Positions 1 to 9,073 of a stretch of 64,000 bases of DNA are shown piece by piece (position 1 is the stretch's first letter; every line of letters begins with the position of its first letter). Made by a program: the position numbers and the translations under genes. The notes under the pieces were generated by a model that did no database searches, was not told the DNA's origin, and saw only the letters and a list, made by a program, of their open reading frames with translations. The DNA is from Nanobdellota archaeon (GTDB lineage: Archaea > Nanobdellota > Nanobdellia > Tiddalikarchaeales > Tiddalikarchaeaceae): positions 2,854-66,853 of the forward strand of contig JAFGFH010000011.1 in NCBI GenBank assembly GCA_016931175.1, given 5' to 3'.

Positions 1-1
1 G

Positions 2-1045
2 GCTTTATACAAGAATGAGTTAAACAATATTAAACTGGGCGACTTGCTTGAAGAAAACCCTTACATTATAGGCACTATTCAACGGTTGCGTGATTCGGAA
101 TTAAACACTTATCATGCAACAATTATGCTAGTAGTTGATGACGAGTTTAAAGTAGTTTACGCGTTTAATCCCTTGCTAAATTGCTTAGAGAATGGCATTT
201 TAATGAGGAAAACATTGAACTATTTTATCAAACACGATGAAAAAGCTTTTGAGGTCAATAATTTTCAAGAACATAATTTAATGGATTTTTTCAAGGATAA
301 GATGAGAAAAATAATTATTGACGGCAGGGAATACTTCGAACTAGTTATTGAGAGGAGAAATAGTATAAACACCTCAGAGCATTATAAAAGTTTTTTTAAA
401 TCAAGTAAGGGATTAGAAGATGAGCTGAAACTAGTTCTTGAAAACTTTAACGCGAAAATGTATAATCCTTACAAGGAAGAAAGGTTTAAACTGGTTAAAA
501 AAGAAGATTTTGAAAACAAGTACTCTGAGTACGTTAAGACATTAAAAGGATTAAAGGAGGATTTTGAAAACTTTTCAAAGACTGAGCTTGAAACAACAAA
601 GAACGAGATTAAAAAACAAATGCTTGACAGTTTGGAAGATGATATGTGCGGCAATGAACCTAACGCTGCAGTTTTCGTAGTCAAAAAAAAGATTATTCGC
701 GAAAGATTATCACAATTACTGAATAATTACATAATAAAAGATAAAAAATTATTGTTTGAAGGTTCAAGAAACAACTTAAGCGAAGAAGCAGAAGGTTTAA
801 CTGAACAATTAACTGTTTTGTATGAAAAAGTTTCAAAACCTTTGTTTGAAGAGTTGGAGAATAGTGTTATTAACAATTTCATAAATCACAAGATTAAGAG
901 ATTTGGCAAGTCATACACAGTTGAATTTCTCCTTTTAAACTCTGAGAGTATGAAAATAGTTGGTGCATTAAACAGTGCGTTTGTTAACAGTAAAACGGGC
1001 TTGTTCTTGTCTGATGAAGAAATAATAAAGAAGCATTTAGAATAA
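2..1045 (+). CDS. hypothetical protein, probably 5'-partial (frame open to the left window edge)
   Basis: The track ORF 44..1045 starts at a TTG. The same frame has no stop back to nt 2 and no in-frame ATG there. The protein is Lys/Glu-rich and helical-looking, with no motif I recognise. Confidence 0.55.
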   Translation, partial: ALYKNELNNIKLGDLLEENPYIIGTIQRLRDSELNTYHATIMLVVDDEFKVVYAFNPLLNCLENGILMRKTLNYFIKHDEKAFEVNNFQEHNLMDFFKDKMRKIIIDGREYFELVIERRNSINTSEHYKSFFKSSKGLEDELKLVLENFNAKMYNPYKEERFKLVKKEDFENKYSEYVKTLKGLKEDFENFSKTELETTKNEIKKQMLDSLEDDMCGNEPNAAVFVVKKKIIRERLSQLLNNYIIKDKKLLFEGSRNNLSEEAEGLTEQLTVLYEKVSKPLFEELENSVINNFINHKIKRFGKSYTVEFLLLNSESMKIVGALNSAFVNSKTGLFLSDEEIIKKHLE

Positions 1046-1080
1046 ACGTTTTTAATACACGAGAGTTTATTTAATTAATT

Positions 1081-2295
1081 ATGATGCAGGCGTATATAGG
1101 CACTCGTGACTTCCTTCCAAATGATTGGAAGGTAATGAATTACATCTTTAATAAGTGGAGGGATGTTAGCTTGGCTTACGGTTTTGAAGAGTACGACGCG
1201 CCGATAATAGCTCCTTTGAAACTATTCACTGACAAGAGCGGGGAGGAGATTAAGAACCAATTGTTTTACTTCACTGATAAGGGTGACAGGGAAGTCTGTC
1301 TGCGCGCTGAATTAACTCCTCAAACTGCAAGGTTCATTATTAACTATGGGAAAGAGTTAAAAAAGCCAATTAAGTGGTTCTCTATCCCAAGAGTGTACAG
1401 GTACGAGAAGCCTCAGAAAGGCCGGCTTAGGGAGTTCTTCCAATACAACGCTGACATAATAGGAGAAGAAAACGTATTAGCTACAAGTGAAATCATTAAC
1501 CTGTCAATTAATTTATTGAAGAGCTTCGGCTTGAAGAATAACGACTTTGTTATAAGAGTTAACAGCAGGAAAATCATTGACAGTTTAATTAACAGGCTTA
1601 ACATTACTGACAAAGCAGGATTATACTTGTTATTGGACAAGAAGAATAAGATGAAACCTGCAGAGTTCAACAAAGAGTTGAAGACTTTGGTTAAGGAATA
1701 CAAGTTATTACTTGACTTGCTGGAATTAAAAAGCAACGAGTTAATAGTTGAATTAACAAGGTTAGGCATTGACACTAATAGAGTTAAGAGCGTGTTCTCG
1801 CTGATTGACAAGAAATGCGCTGTCTTTGACTTAAGCGTAGTCAGGGGATTAGCTTACTATACTGACATAGTCTTCGAAGCCTTTGACAGGAAAGGAGATT
1901 TAAGAGCAATTCTCGGAGGGGGAGAGTATAATAATCTCATAAGCGACTTCGGAGGAGCTGAGACTCCAGCAGTCGGCGTCGGCATGGGTGACGCAGTACT
2001 ATTAGAGTTATTAAAGATTAAGAGATTAATTCCTGAATTCATTAATGATACAGTCTTCATCGCTACTATTGGCGACGTAGTGAAGGACGCAGTTAAACTC
2101 AGGGAGAAACTAGTCAGTGACGGCTTCAAAGTTGACATGAACTTGTCAAGCAGGAATATAAGCAAGCAGTTAAGCTATGCTGAAAGCAAAGGAATAACCA
2201 AAGTATACATACTCGGGGAGAAGGATTTAGCGAAGAATACAATAACCGTCAAAGACTTAATCACTGGCAAGGAGAAGAAGAGTAAAGCAAGATGA
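1081..2295 (+). CDS. hisS: histidyl-tRNA synthetase
   Basis: Class II motif 2 'YRYEKPQKGRLREFFQYNADIIG', 'RAELTPQTAR', and a C-terminal anticodon-binding domain (VFIATIGD...KVYILGEKDL). 404 aa. Confidence 0.92.
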   Translation: MMQAYIGTRDFLPNDWKVMNYIFNKWRDVSLAYGFEEYDAPIIAPLKLFTDKSGEEIKNQLFYFTDKGDREVCLRAELTPQTARFIINYGKELKKPIKWFSIPRVYRYEKPQKGRLREFFQYNADIIGEENVLATSEIINLSINLLKSFGLKNNDFVIRVNSRKIIDSLINRLNITDKAGLYLLLDKKNKMKPAEFNKELKTLVKEYKLLLDLLELKSNELIVELTRLGIDTNRVKSVFSLIDKKCAVFDLSVVRGLAYYTDIVFEAFDRKGDLRAILGGGEYNNLISDFGGAETPAVGVGMGDAVLLELLKIKRLIPEFINDTVFIATIGDVVKDAVKLREKLVSDGFKVDMNLSSRNISKQLSYAESKGITKVYILGEKDLAKNTITVKDLITGKEKKSKAR

Positions 2296-3065
2296 GTAAG
2301 GAACTTAAAGAAACAGTAAATGATGTTAAAAAAGAATATAGTAATTTAGACTTAGATAAGAGGTTGTTTGAAAGATTTAACGAATTAGTTCATAAAAAAT
2401 TTAACAAATATTTTAAGAAATACTTTGACTTGGATGATAAGAAGTTCATAAACAAGATTAACAGGGATTATGCTGAAAGGAATAAGGAGGCTTACGGTCC
2501 TGATTGGGAAGAGAAAGTTGGTGAAAAGTTCATAAAAGCCAATAATAAGTTCCCAACGCACGTTGTTAAGACAATAAAATCCATTAATAAGCGTGATTAC
2601 GATTTCATTATCTGCATATTAAGAGGCGCGCTGCCTTACACAATGCTCTTTGAAATCTTCGGCTGGAAGGGCAGGATAAAGTATGTTATTTGCGGAAGGA
2701 AGAAAGGGCAAAATTGGACGTTTAAGAAGGAAGAGGTTCGTTATGACGAGATTGAAGACTTGTCAGTGCTGAAAGGCAAAAAAGTCTTATTAGTAGAGAA
2801 CAATATTGCAACTGCCAAGACTCCTTTAAGAGTATTTGAAGAACTAAAAAATAGGCATGGTGTTGAAAGCGCAGACTTGTTCATTGATTACATTGCTCCT
2901 TTGTACGATCCTAAGATTAAATCTTACGTGCCTGCTTTGGTCACAACTAATCCGGGAATACTGAAACCTTTTAACAAGAGAATAATTGCTTTAAACACTA
3001 AAGTAAGCAGTGAAGAAGATACTCAAATTAAGAAAGAGTTATTAGAAAAACTTAATCTCGTCTGA
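2292..3065 (+). CDS. phosphoribosyltransferase-like protein (type I PRT fold, degenerate PRPP loop)
   Basis: 'KKVLLVENNIATAKTP' resembles the PRPP-binding loop VLLVDDxxxTGxT, but with DD->EN and TG->TA. The start overlaps the hisS stop by 4 nt (ATGA). Confidence 0.4.
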   Translation: MSKELKETVNDVKKEYSNLDLDKRLFERFNELVHKKFNKYFKKYFDLDDKKFINKINRDYAERNKEAYGPDWEEKVGEKFIKANNKFPTHVVKTIKSINKRDYDFIICILRGALPYTMLFEIFGWKGRIKYVICGRKKGQNWTFKKEEVRYDEIEDLSVLKGKKVLLVENNIATAKTPLRVFEELKNRHGVESADLFIDYIAPLYDPKIKSYVPALVTTNPGILKPFNKRIIALNTKVSSEEDTQIKKELLEKLNLV

Positions 3066-3621
3066 TTAGTTCGAGCGCTGCTTTAACTGTGTCTTCAAGA
3101 GTTTCGTAGAATCTCATGCTCATCAAAGCGTCAAGGAAGTTTTCTTTAATAACCTTTAAGCCGTCAAATCCTTCCTCTCCTCCTATTACAACGTTCAATC
3201 CGCCGTACTGCATTAAACCCCTGTATTCTCCAAGTTCTCCTCTCGTGTCGCGCGCGTAAGTTCTTTCACAATCATGCCTTGCCGGTTTTGGAAGCCAGAA
3301 CATTAACGCGCCGCTGCTCGCTGCGAAATGCATGTAATACCTCTCCCATAATAATTGCTTCTCGAAACAAGGAGCGTCAATAGGACCGTCTTCATTAACG
3401 ATTATGTCACGGAAATTATTTGATAATTCGTACTTAGGGCATGCAATGTATAACTCATAATCTGCTAATTCTTTAACTAACCTTATTGCTTCTTCCTGCC
3501 AAGGAGGGGCGGAATTAATCGGGCCTGCAAGGAATAATACGGGGGTTTCATCCTCTAACAAGTTGATTGAACGCAGAGGAACAAGTAATTTAACCATTAA
3601 AGATTTAAATTGTTTAATCAA
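3052..3621 (-). CDS. nucleoside 2-deoxyribosyltransferase-like protein
   Basis: N-terminal 'VLFLAGPINSAPPWQEEAI' and a later 'TRGELGEY' resemble the Nuc_deoxyri_tr2-type Rossmann signature. This is from memory and not searched. Confidence 0.4.
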   Translation of the reverse strand: MIKQFKSLMVKLLVPLRSINLLEDETPVLFLAGPINSAPPWQEEAIRLVKELADYELYIACPKYELSNNFRDIIVNEDGPIDAPCFEKQLLWERYYMHFAASSGALMFWLPKPARHDCERTYARDTRGELGEYRGLMQYGGLNVVIGGEEGFDGLKVIKENFLDALMSMRFYETLEDTVKAALELIRRD

Positions 3622-3691
3622 TTATTATAATTGCGACACCACTCACTAGTGGTGAAAGAGTTTTTTAATAAACAAGTATTATCTCTTATTC

Positions 3692-4054
3692 ATGAGTTCA
3701 AATAATGAAGGTTTAACGTTTCATGTTATCGCAGATAACAAAGAAGAGCTGGAAAAGCTCGTTGCTGACACTATCAGCGCGGAAGAGAAGAGAATGGTTG
3801 AGTACGGCATTGAAGCGCCTGAAAGAAAGAGAGTAATGGAGTACTGCGTGTTAATAAAGGATGAGAAGAGAGCAACAGGAAACAGTATTGAAGAGGCTAT
3901 AGAGAACGCTAAAACAACCGAGCCTAAGATGACTATAAAGGCAACGATAAAGTATAACCTCTCCCAGGAAGAGGTTGACAAGTATAACCGCAAGAAGAAG
4001 CCTTCAAGCGCTGAACCCTTCGAAGCTTTCAGTTTCACTAATGACCGGTTCTAA
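3692..4054 (+). CDS. hypothetical protein
   Basis: Clean 120-aa ORF with an ATG start and A/T-rich upstream region. No motif recognised. Confidence 0.5.
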   Translation: MSSNNEGLTFHVIADNKEELEKLVADTISAEEKRMVEYGIEAPERKRVMEYCVLIKDEKRATGNSIEEAIENAKTTEPKMTIKATIKYNLSQEEVDKYNRKKKPSSAEPFEAFSFTNDRF

Positions 4055-4090
4055 AGATTTTTAAAATAATTTATTTTAATTTTTAATTCA

Positions 4091-5731
4091 ATGTTAAGCC
4101 TTCCCAGCGAGTCAAAAGAGTTAATAAGATCTTACGCTGAAGACCTAATGTCTGAATTGGAATACTATAATGATTTCGAGGACAAGCTTAATACAGTGCT
4201 TAACTACTTGGCTTCTAATTACAGCTACGGCTTGCGCGAAGCCATGGTTCAGAAGAAGCCGATAAGGTACCCTCATGAGATCAAGCGCTTCGTTACCTGC
4301 TTCGAAGCAGGCGTCTTGTCATACCTAGTATTGAAAGAGTTGGGCTATCATGCCAGTCTTAAAGTCTTTGAGATGCAGAACAGCAATGATATTGCAAGCT
4401 TTGAATACGTTGACCACACCGTTGTTGAATTAAGCGACAACGGTAAAAAGTACTACTTTGATCTTGTTAACCTTGAGGTTGCAAAGGTTAAGAAAGAGGT
4501 TGAGAATAAAATATTTTTCAAGAATGATTTTAACAAGGTATTAACTTTCAAATCTCTTCAAGTTATTGACTCATTGGAGGATTTAGTTTCTAAAATGGAT
4601 TACTTGCAGGGCTTGGAAGGAAAAGTTGAAGCCTTGACGCAGAAGTACAGGGTTGACGCTCAGAAAATATTAAACGGCATGATAAGACTTTACACCTACT
4701 TCCAGTATGACAAGGAAAAAGAAGAGTTTAACACTAATGCTGAATGCTATATTGCAAACCATTTAAACCTTAAAATTAATGTTAAGGAAAGAGTTTTTCA
4801 AGAATCAGGTGAAGTAATTTTTAAAGGATTCTATGATGTGGATTATCCTGCATTCACCTTATCCAAGCAGAAACTGGACGAAGCCTTTAATATTCTTAAA
4901 TTAAGTAAATTAGTTAAGAACAAGGATTTCTGGCCTAATGATTTAACTGCGAGGCTAGTGCTGGGCATTGATTTGCCTGAACTCAGCAAGAGTTTAAATG
5001 CAAGTCTTGAACAAATCACAGGACTGCATGAATACTTTAACCAGAGGTTAGATGAGGACTTTAACAGTATTGATGCAAGTAAGAACATGTTCTTTCTAAA
5101 CATTTGCATGATGAACGATTACTTCACCAAAGCCAAGAATAAAAGTGGCAAGACTTTTTTTGAAAACTATTACAACGACTCGCAGATAATAACAGGTATT
5201 AAGAAGCTTGTTAGAAAAGCTAAGAATTTAAGCTCTAAGGTAAAAAGTCTCGAGTATAATGTTAGGATGAAGCGCGTCACTGGCAGGGACTGGAAAAATA
5301 ATTATAAGAAGTATTATTTTTACAAGAAAAGATTTGAAGACTTTGATGATTACATAATGTCGTTAGATAAGTTGATGCAGAACAAGAACAGGTTAGTGTT
5401 TACTGACATGGACACGAGCATTTTCAAAGATGAAATAATTAATAAGAAAATAATTGAGATAAAAAAGTCCTTGAAGAAAAACAGGTTTGTTGAAGTAAAG
5501 GGTGAAAAGGTTAGAGTTAATAAGAAGAACTTTGATAAAATCTACAATTTAAGCATACATAATTGGTTCCTAAATCAAGGATGCAGCAGTTTGAATGGTT
5601 TCAAGGAGTTGGCTGCGGGCGCTTTAGCCAAGTATTTCTACCTAAGGCCTAATATTAAACTTGTTTTTATCAAGAATAATGCTTTTAGCATTATTAAGGA
5701 GTTTAAAGCAAGTCAGGCCCAGTCCTTGTAA
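4091..5731 (+). CDS. transglutaminase-like (papain-fold) domain protein with long C-terminal region
   Basis: An N-terminal Cys-His-Asp arrangement typical of the transglutaminase-like core: 'FVTCFEAGVLSYLVLKELGYHASL', 'VDHTVVEL', 'YYFDLV'. The rest is Lys/Asn-rich and unknown. Confidence 0.45.
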   Translation: MLSLPSESKELIRSYAEDLMSELEYYNDFEDKLNTVLNYLASNYSYGLREAMVQKKPIRYPHEIKRFVTCFEAGVLSYLVLKELGYHASLKVFEMQNSNDIASFEYVDHTVVELSDNGKKYYFDLVNLEVAKVKKEVENKIFFKNDFNKVLTFKSLQVIDSLEDLVSKMDYLQGLEGKVEALTQKYRVDAQKILNGMIRLYTYFQYDKEKEEFNTNAECYIANHLNLKINVKERVFQESGEVIFKGFYDVDYPAFTLSKQKLDEAFNILKLSKLVKNKDFWPNDLTARLVLGIDLPELSKSLNASLEQITGLHEYFNQRLDEDFNSIDASKNMFFLNICMMNDYFTKAKNKSGKTFFENYYNDSQIITGIKKLVRKAKNLSSKVKSLEYNVRMKRVTGRDWKNNYKKYYFYKKRFEDFDDYIMSLDKLMQNKNRLVFTDMDTSIFKDEIINKKIIEIKKSLKKNRFVEVKGEKVRVNKKNFDKIYNLSIHNWFLNQGCSSLNGFKELAAGALAKYFYLRPNIKLVFIKNNAFSIIKEFKASQAQSL

Positions 5732-6273
5732 GCTTTCATAACCTTGTCAATGTTAGAGTATAATTGTTTTAGTGTTCCGCTGTTGTCTATTACTGCACTT
5801 GCCATCTTGAATGTCTGGTCGAGTTTGAACATCTTGTTCTGCCCGTCTTCTTGTTTCTTGAAGTGGTCTAAGTTCTTAGGCAAGTCAGACCTGCCCCTGC
5901 TCTGCAGCCTCTGGAATCTTATCATTGGGTCTGCGTCAACCTTGAGTAGTATGTAGTCTTTGCCGAACGCTTTCCTGATAACATCGTGGTCGCTTGGCAG
6001 CCTGACCCCGTCAATAACTGCTTTTTTTATATTTTCTCTCTTCACCTTCTCAACGCACTGGCCAATCCAATACTCTGCGCCGTGCTCGTCGCGCATCTCT
6101 TGGCTGAAGGCGTCGCTTTTCTCCCTTGTTACTTCTATGCCGCGCTTCTTCATCGCCTCCCTTACAACATCTCCAACAGTTACTTGAAAGTAACCGTATT
6201 TTGAAACCAAGTATTTGCTAACAACGTCTTTGCCGGCGCCTATACTCCCGCACAAACCAATAACCTTAACCAT
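5713..6273 (-). CDS. P-loop nucleotide kinase (dephospho-CoA kinase / UPF0200-like)
   Basis: Walker A 'GLCGSIGAGKD' at the N-terminus and an NMP-kinase-like size (186 aa). The 3' end overlaps the convergent 4091..5731 by 19 nt. Confidence 0.6.
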   Translation of the reverse strand: MVKVIGLCGSIGAGKDVVSKYLVSKYGYFQVTVGDVVREAMKKRGIEVTREKSDAFSQEMRDEHGAEYWIGQCVEKVKRENIKKAVIDGVRLPSDHDVIRKAFGKDYILLKVDADPMIRFQRLQSRGRSDLPKNLDHFKKQEDGQNKMFKLDQTFKMASAVIDNSGTLKQLYSNIDKVMKAYKDWA

Positions 6274-6279
6274 ACGTAA

Positions 6280-7479
6280 TTAAATCTTTACGATTTTTTT
6301 TAAGGTTTTCCCGTCGCACCCTTTAAGGTTGCACCACGCGTAATAGGTAGAGACTAGCATTAAACATCCTGCTAATACTCCAACCCAGCCAGGATAGTAA
6401 GTGTTAATAATAAAACCCCCAATTAAGGGTCCTATTATCTGCCCAATGCTCATTAATGAATCCGTTACTCCCATAACCTTGCCTCTCTCTTCCTTAGGAG
6501 CCTTGTTGCTTATAGATGTTATTATCATTGGCTGTGCGAGTCCTGCACCGACTGAGAACAATACCATTGTAATATATAATCCAACCCTTGATGACATGAA
6601 GAATACGCTGAACATTGCAGAGGCCAGTATTAAAGAACCTGTGATTGCAAGAACTGCTTCAGCGAACCTGTCAAGAAGCTTTGGCAACGCTAAGAGCTGG
6701 AAGAATACTCTCGTGAGTCCTACAATCATTAACAATAATCCGACGTCGTCAGGTCCGAAGCCTAACTGGTTGCCTACGATGAGTGCGAGATTAGCAGTTA
6801 GTAATGTGAATGCTACTGTGTAGAAAAAGAATTGCGTGAACAATTCTTTCAACTCTTTATTCCTCACTCCTTGAAGGAAGTCTTTTATTGGGAAGAAGTC
6901 TTCCAATGCCAGTTTTACTCCTTTCTTCCTCTTCACCGTCTCCTTCAAAAAGATTACTGTCAATATTATGCTTAATAGAACCACTCCTGCTGCTGCAAAC
7001 GCGGGAATGCTGTAATTAATCGTTGCGAGAAACCCACCAACCGCTGGGCCTATAAAGAATCCGAATCCGAAGACTGCACTCAACATGCCGAAGGTTTTTC
7101 CCCTCTCTTTCCCTTCAGTAATATCAGTCAAGTAAGCCCGGCTTAGTGTCATGTTGCTTCCGAACAATCCGTCAACAATCCTTGAAAAGAAAAGCATCCA
7201 AACTGAGTTAGCAAAGCCGAGTATTAAAAATCCCGCGAGCGTGCTTAACTGGCTTATGATTAGTAATGGTTTCCTGCCGAACCTGTCGCTGAGTTTTCCT
7301 ATTATTGGGCTTGATATGAACTGGAAGATTGAAAAACTTGAAAGTATCAAACCAACAATTAAAGGAGTAGCTCCCAAGTCCTGCGCGTAGTAGGGAAGGA
7401 AGGGCAGTATGAGGCTCCACCCTATTATCTCAGTGAACATGATTAAAGCAATTGTTAAAACTTCTTTTGTAAGTTTCAT
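6280..7479 (-). CDS. MFS transporter
   Basis: About 12 hydrophobic segments, with MFS loop 2-3 motif 'GKLSDRFGRKPLL'. Confidence 0.85.
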   Translation of the reverse strand: MKLTKEVLTIALIMFTEIIGWSLILPFLPYYAQDLGATPLIVGLILSSFSIFQFISSPIIGKLSDRFGRKPLLIISQLSTLAGFLILGFANSVWMLFFSRIVDGLFGSNMTLSRAYLTDITEGKERGKTFGMLSAVFGFGFFIGPAVGGFLATINYSIPAFAAAGVVLLSIILTVIFLKETVKRKKGVKLALEDFFPIKDFLQGVRNKELKELFTQFFFYTVAFTLLTANLALIVGNQLGFGPDDVGLLLMIVGLTRVFFQLLALPKLLDRFAEAVLAITGSLILASAMFSVFFMSSRVGLYITMVLFSVGAGLAQPMIITSISNKAPKEERGKVMGVTDSLMSIGQIIGPLIGGFIINTYYPGWVGVLAGCLMLVSTYYAWCNLKGCDGKTLKKIVKI

Positions 7480-7490
7480 CCTATGAACTA

Positions 7491-8672
7491 TTGAAGTATT
7501 ATTTAAAAATATTCACCTTATTACTTACAATTATGGATAAGAAGTCTAAAAAGGAGTTATTAACCTTTGGTTTGGCAAGCTTCTTTAATGATATTGGCAG
7601 CGACTTGGTTGCTCCAATATGGCCAATCTTTGTTAAGGTAATACTCGGCGCTAACATGACAGTCCTTGGTTTCCTTGACGGATTAGGAATTGCACTGGTT
7701 AGTGTCAGCAACGCGTTCAGCGGCTGGTTGAGCGACAAGTTAGGCAAGAGGAAACTATTCATATACGTTGGCTACTTGTTAAGCGGGTTAGCAAGGGTTG
7801 GTTATTTCATATCTCCCTCATGGCATTACCTTGCTCCTTTCAAAGCTATTGACAGGGTAGGCAAGATTAGGGGAGCGCCAAGGGATGCTTTAGTTACAGA
7901 ATTAAGCAAAAAGAGTAATAGGGGTGCTAGTTTTGGAATACTGCGCTCTCTTGATTCATTAGGCGCGGTTACTGGAACAATAATAGCTTATTTAATAATC
8001 AGTTTCGTAAGCATACGTAATATTTTGTTAATCGCTGCAGTGCCTAGCGTGTTAAGCGCGTTAATCGTCTTCTTGTTCGTTAAGGACAGGAGGACTGAAA
8101 AGCTTCACACTCCTCTTAGCAAGATTCGTTTCAACAAGAACCTGAAAATCTTCTTCATAATAAGCATGCTCTTCAGTTTTGCTACACTAAGCTACTCTTT
8201 TTTAATAGTATTTGCTGAAGATTACGGTTTCAGCGAATCCAACGTCATACTATTATACTTGTTATTCAACATAATTTATACTATATTCAGCTACCAGTTC
8301 GGGAAACTAGCAGACAAGAAAGGAAGAAAGTTCGTAGTGGTGCTTGCTATGATTACTTACTTCTTAATGTGCGCGGGTTTCCTAATGGTCAGCAACGCTT
8401 TCATCGTCTTAATCTTATTCGTCTTGTTCGGATTATTCAACGCTGCCTTTGACCCTGTGAAGAGAACCTTTATTGCAGACTTAGCTCCTAAAGATGCGAG
8501 AGGAAGCGTTTTAGGAGGTTACGAGATGTTCACTGGCTTGATAGCATTACCAAGCGGTGTATTAATGGGCTACTTGTGGGATTTTAACCCTTCGCTGCCC
8601 TTCATAACAGCAGGCGGTATGACTCTTGTATCAGTAATGCTTATGGGATTAATTAAAGAGAAGCGGTCATGA
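7491..8672 (+). CDS. MFS transporter (likely true start ATG 7533)
   Basis: Polytopic, with 'LSDKLGKRKLF' and 'GKLADKKGRKF' MFS motifs. A start at 7533 (MDKKSKKE) would leave a workable divergent intergenic region. Confidence 0.85.
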   Translation: MKYYLKIFTLLLTIMDKKSKKELLTFGLASFFNDIGSDLVAPIWPIFVKVILGANMTVLGFLDGLGIALVSVSNAFSGWLSDKLGKRKLFIYVGYLLSGLARVGYFISPSWHYLAPFKAIDRVGKIRGAPRDALVTELSKKSNRGASFGILRSLDSLGAVTGTIIAYLIISFVSIRNILLIAAVPSVLSALIVFLFVKDRRTEKLHTPLSKIRFNKNLKIFFIISMLFSFATLSYSFLIVFAEDYGFSESNVILLYLLFNIIYTIFSYQFGKLADKKGRKFVVVLAMITYFLMCAGFLMVSNAFIVLILFVLFGLFNAAFDPVKRTFIADLAPKDARGSVLGGYEMFTGLIALPSGVLMGYLWDFNPSLPFITAGGMTLVSVMLMGLIKEKRS

Positions 8673-8920
8673 AAAAGTGCGAGAATACTAACTGCAGTAA
8701 TAATATTAACGGCTTCTGCCAAAAAAATATTAGTTCAGGCAGAACTGTTTATGAAACTCTTAACTCTTACCAGTGGAGTGTTTTAAGAAAACGCATGTTA
8801 GAGAAGAGCAGAAAAAATTTTAAGCCTAACAAGCAGTGCAGGAACACTGACTGTGTTAATAATATTAACAGGGAATGCTACTTATTGTCAGAGATGGAGG
8901 TCTTGTCAATAATATTATAA
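8669..8920 (+). CDS. small Cys-rich protein with internal duplicated motif
   Basis: 83 aa with two copies of C-x-NT-x-C-x-NNIN-x-x-C ('CENTNCSNNINGFC', 'CRNTDCVNNINREC'). ATGA overlap with the MFS stop. Confidence 0.45.
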   Translation: MKKCENTNCSNNINGFCQKNISSGRTVYETLNSYQWSVLRKRMLEKSRKNFKPNKQCRNTDCVNNINRECYLLSEMEVLSIIL

Positions 8921-8961
8921 AAACAAGTTTTTTAAACCAAAAAACTCCTTATTCTATTTAT

Positions 8962-9036
8962 GTTCTGGGTCGTCCAGTTTGGTTAGGATAGTAGGTTGTG
9001 GCCCTGCTGACCTGGGTTCAAATCCCAGCCCAGAAC
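8962..9036 (+). tRNA. tRNA-His (anticodon GTG) with genome-encoded G-1
   Basis: Cloverleaf folded by eye. G-1 (8962) is followed by acceptor TTCTGGG/CCCAGAA. D stem GTCC/GGAT. Anticodon stem GTAGG/CCTGC with loop TTGTGGC. T arm CTGGG-TTCAAAT-CCCAG. Discriminator C (9036) can pair with G-1. CCA is not fully encoded. Confidence 0.9.
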
Positions 9037-9038
9037 CA

Positions 9039-9048
9039 TTTTCTTTTT
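9039..9048 (+). terminator. T-rich tract downstream of tRNA-His
   Basis: TTTTCTTTTT lies immediately 3' of the tRNA. Archaeal termination commonly uses oligo-T. Confidence 0.4.
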
Positions 9049-9073
9049 AAATTCTAAATTAGAAATTATTATC

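Noticed and set aside
1081-3065. HisZ/HisG (ATP phosphoribosyltransferase) interpretation of the hisS + PRT-like pair
   Set aside because: The HisRS homolog keeps a full anticodon-binding domain and the class II motifs, so it is a real synthetase rather than HisZ. The downstream protein has a type I PRT-like loop, not the HisG fold.
6280-8672. Divergent MFS genes separated by only 11 bp as a possible bidirectional overlapping-promoter oddity
   Set aside because: It is most simply explained by an over-extended track start. ATG 7533 (MDKKSKKE) gives a normal 53-bp spacer.
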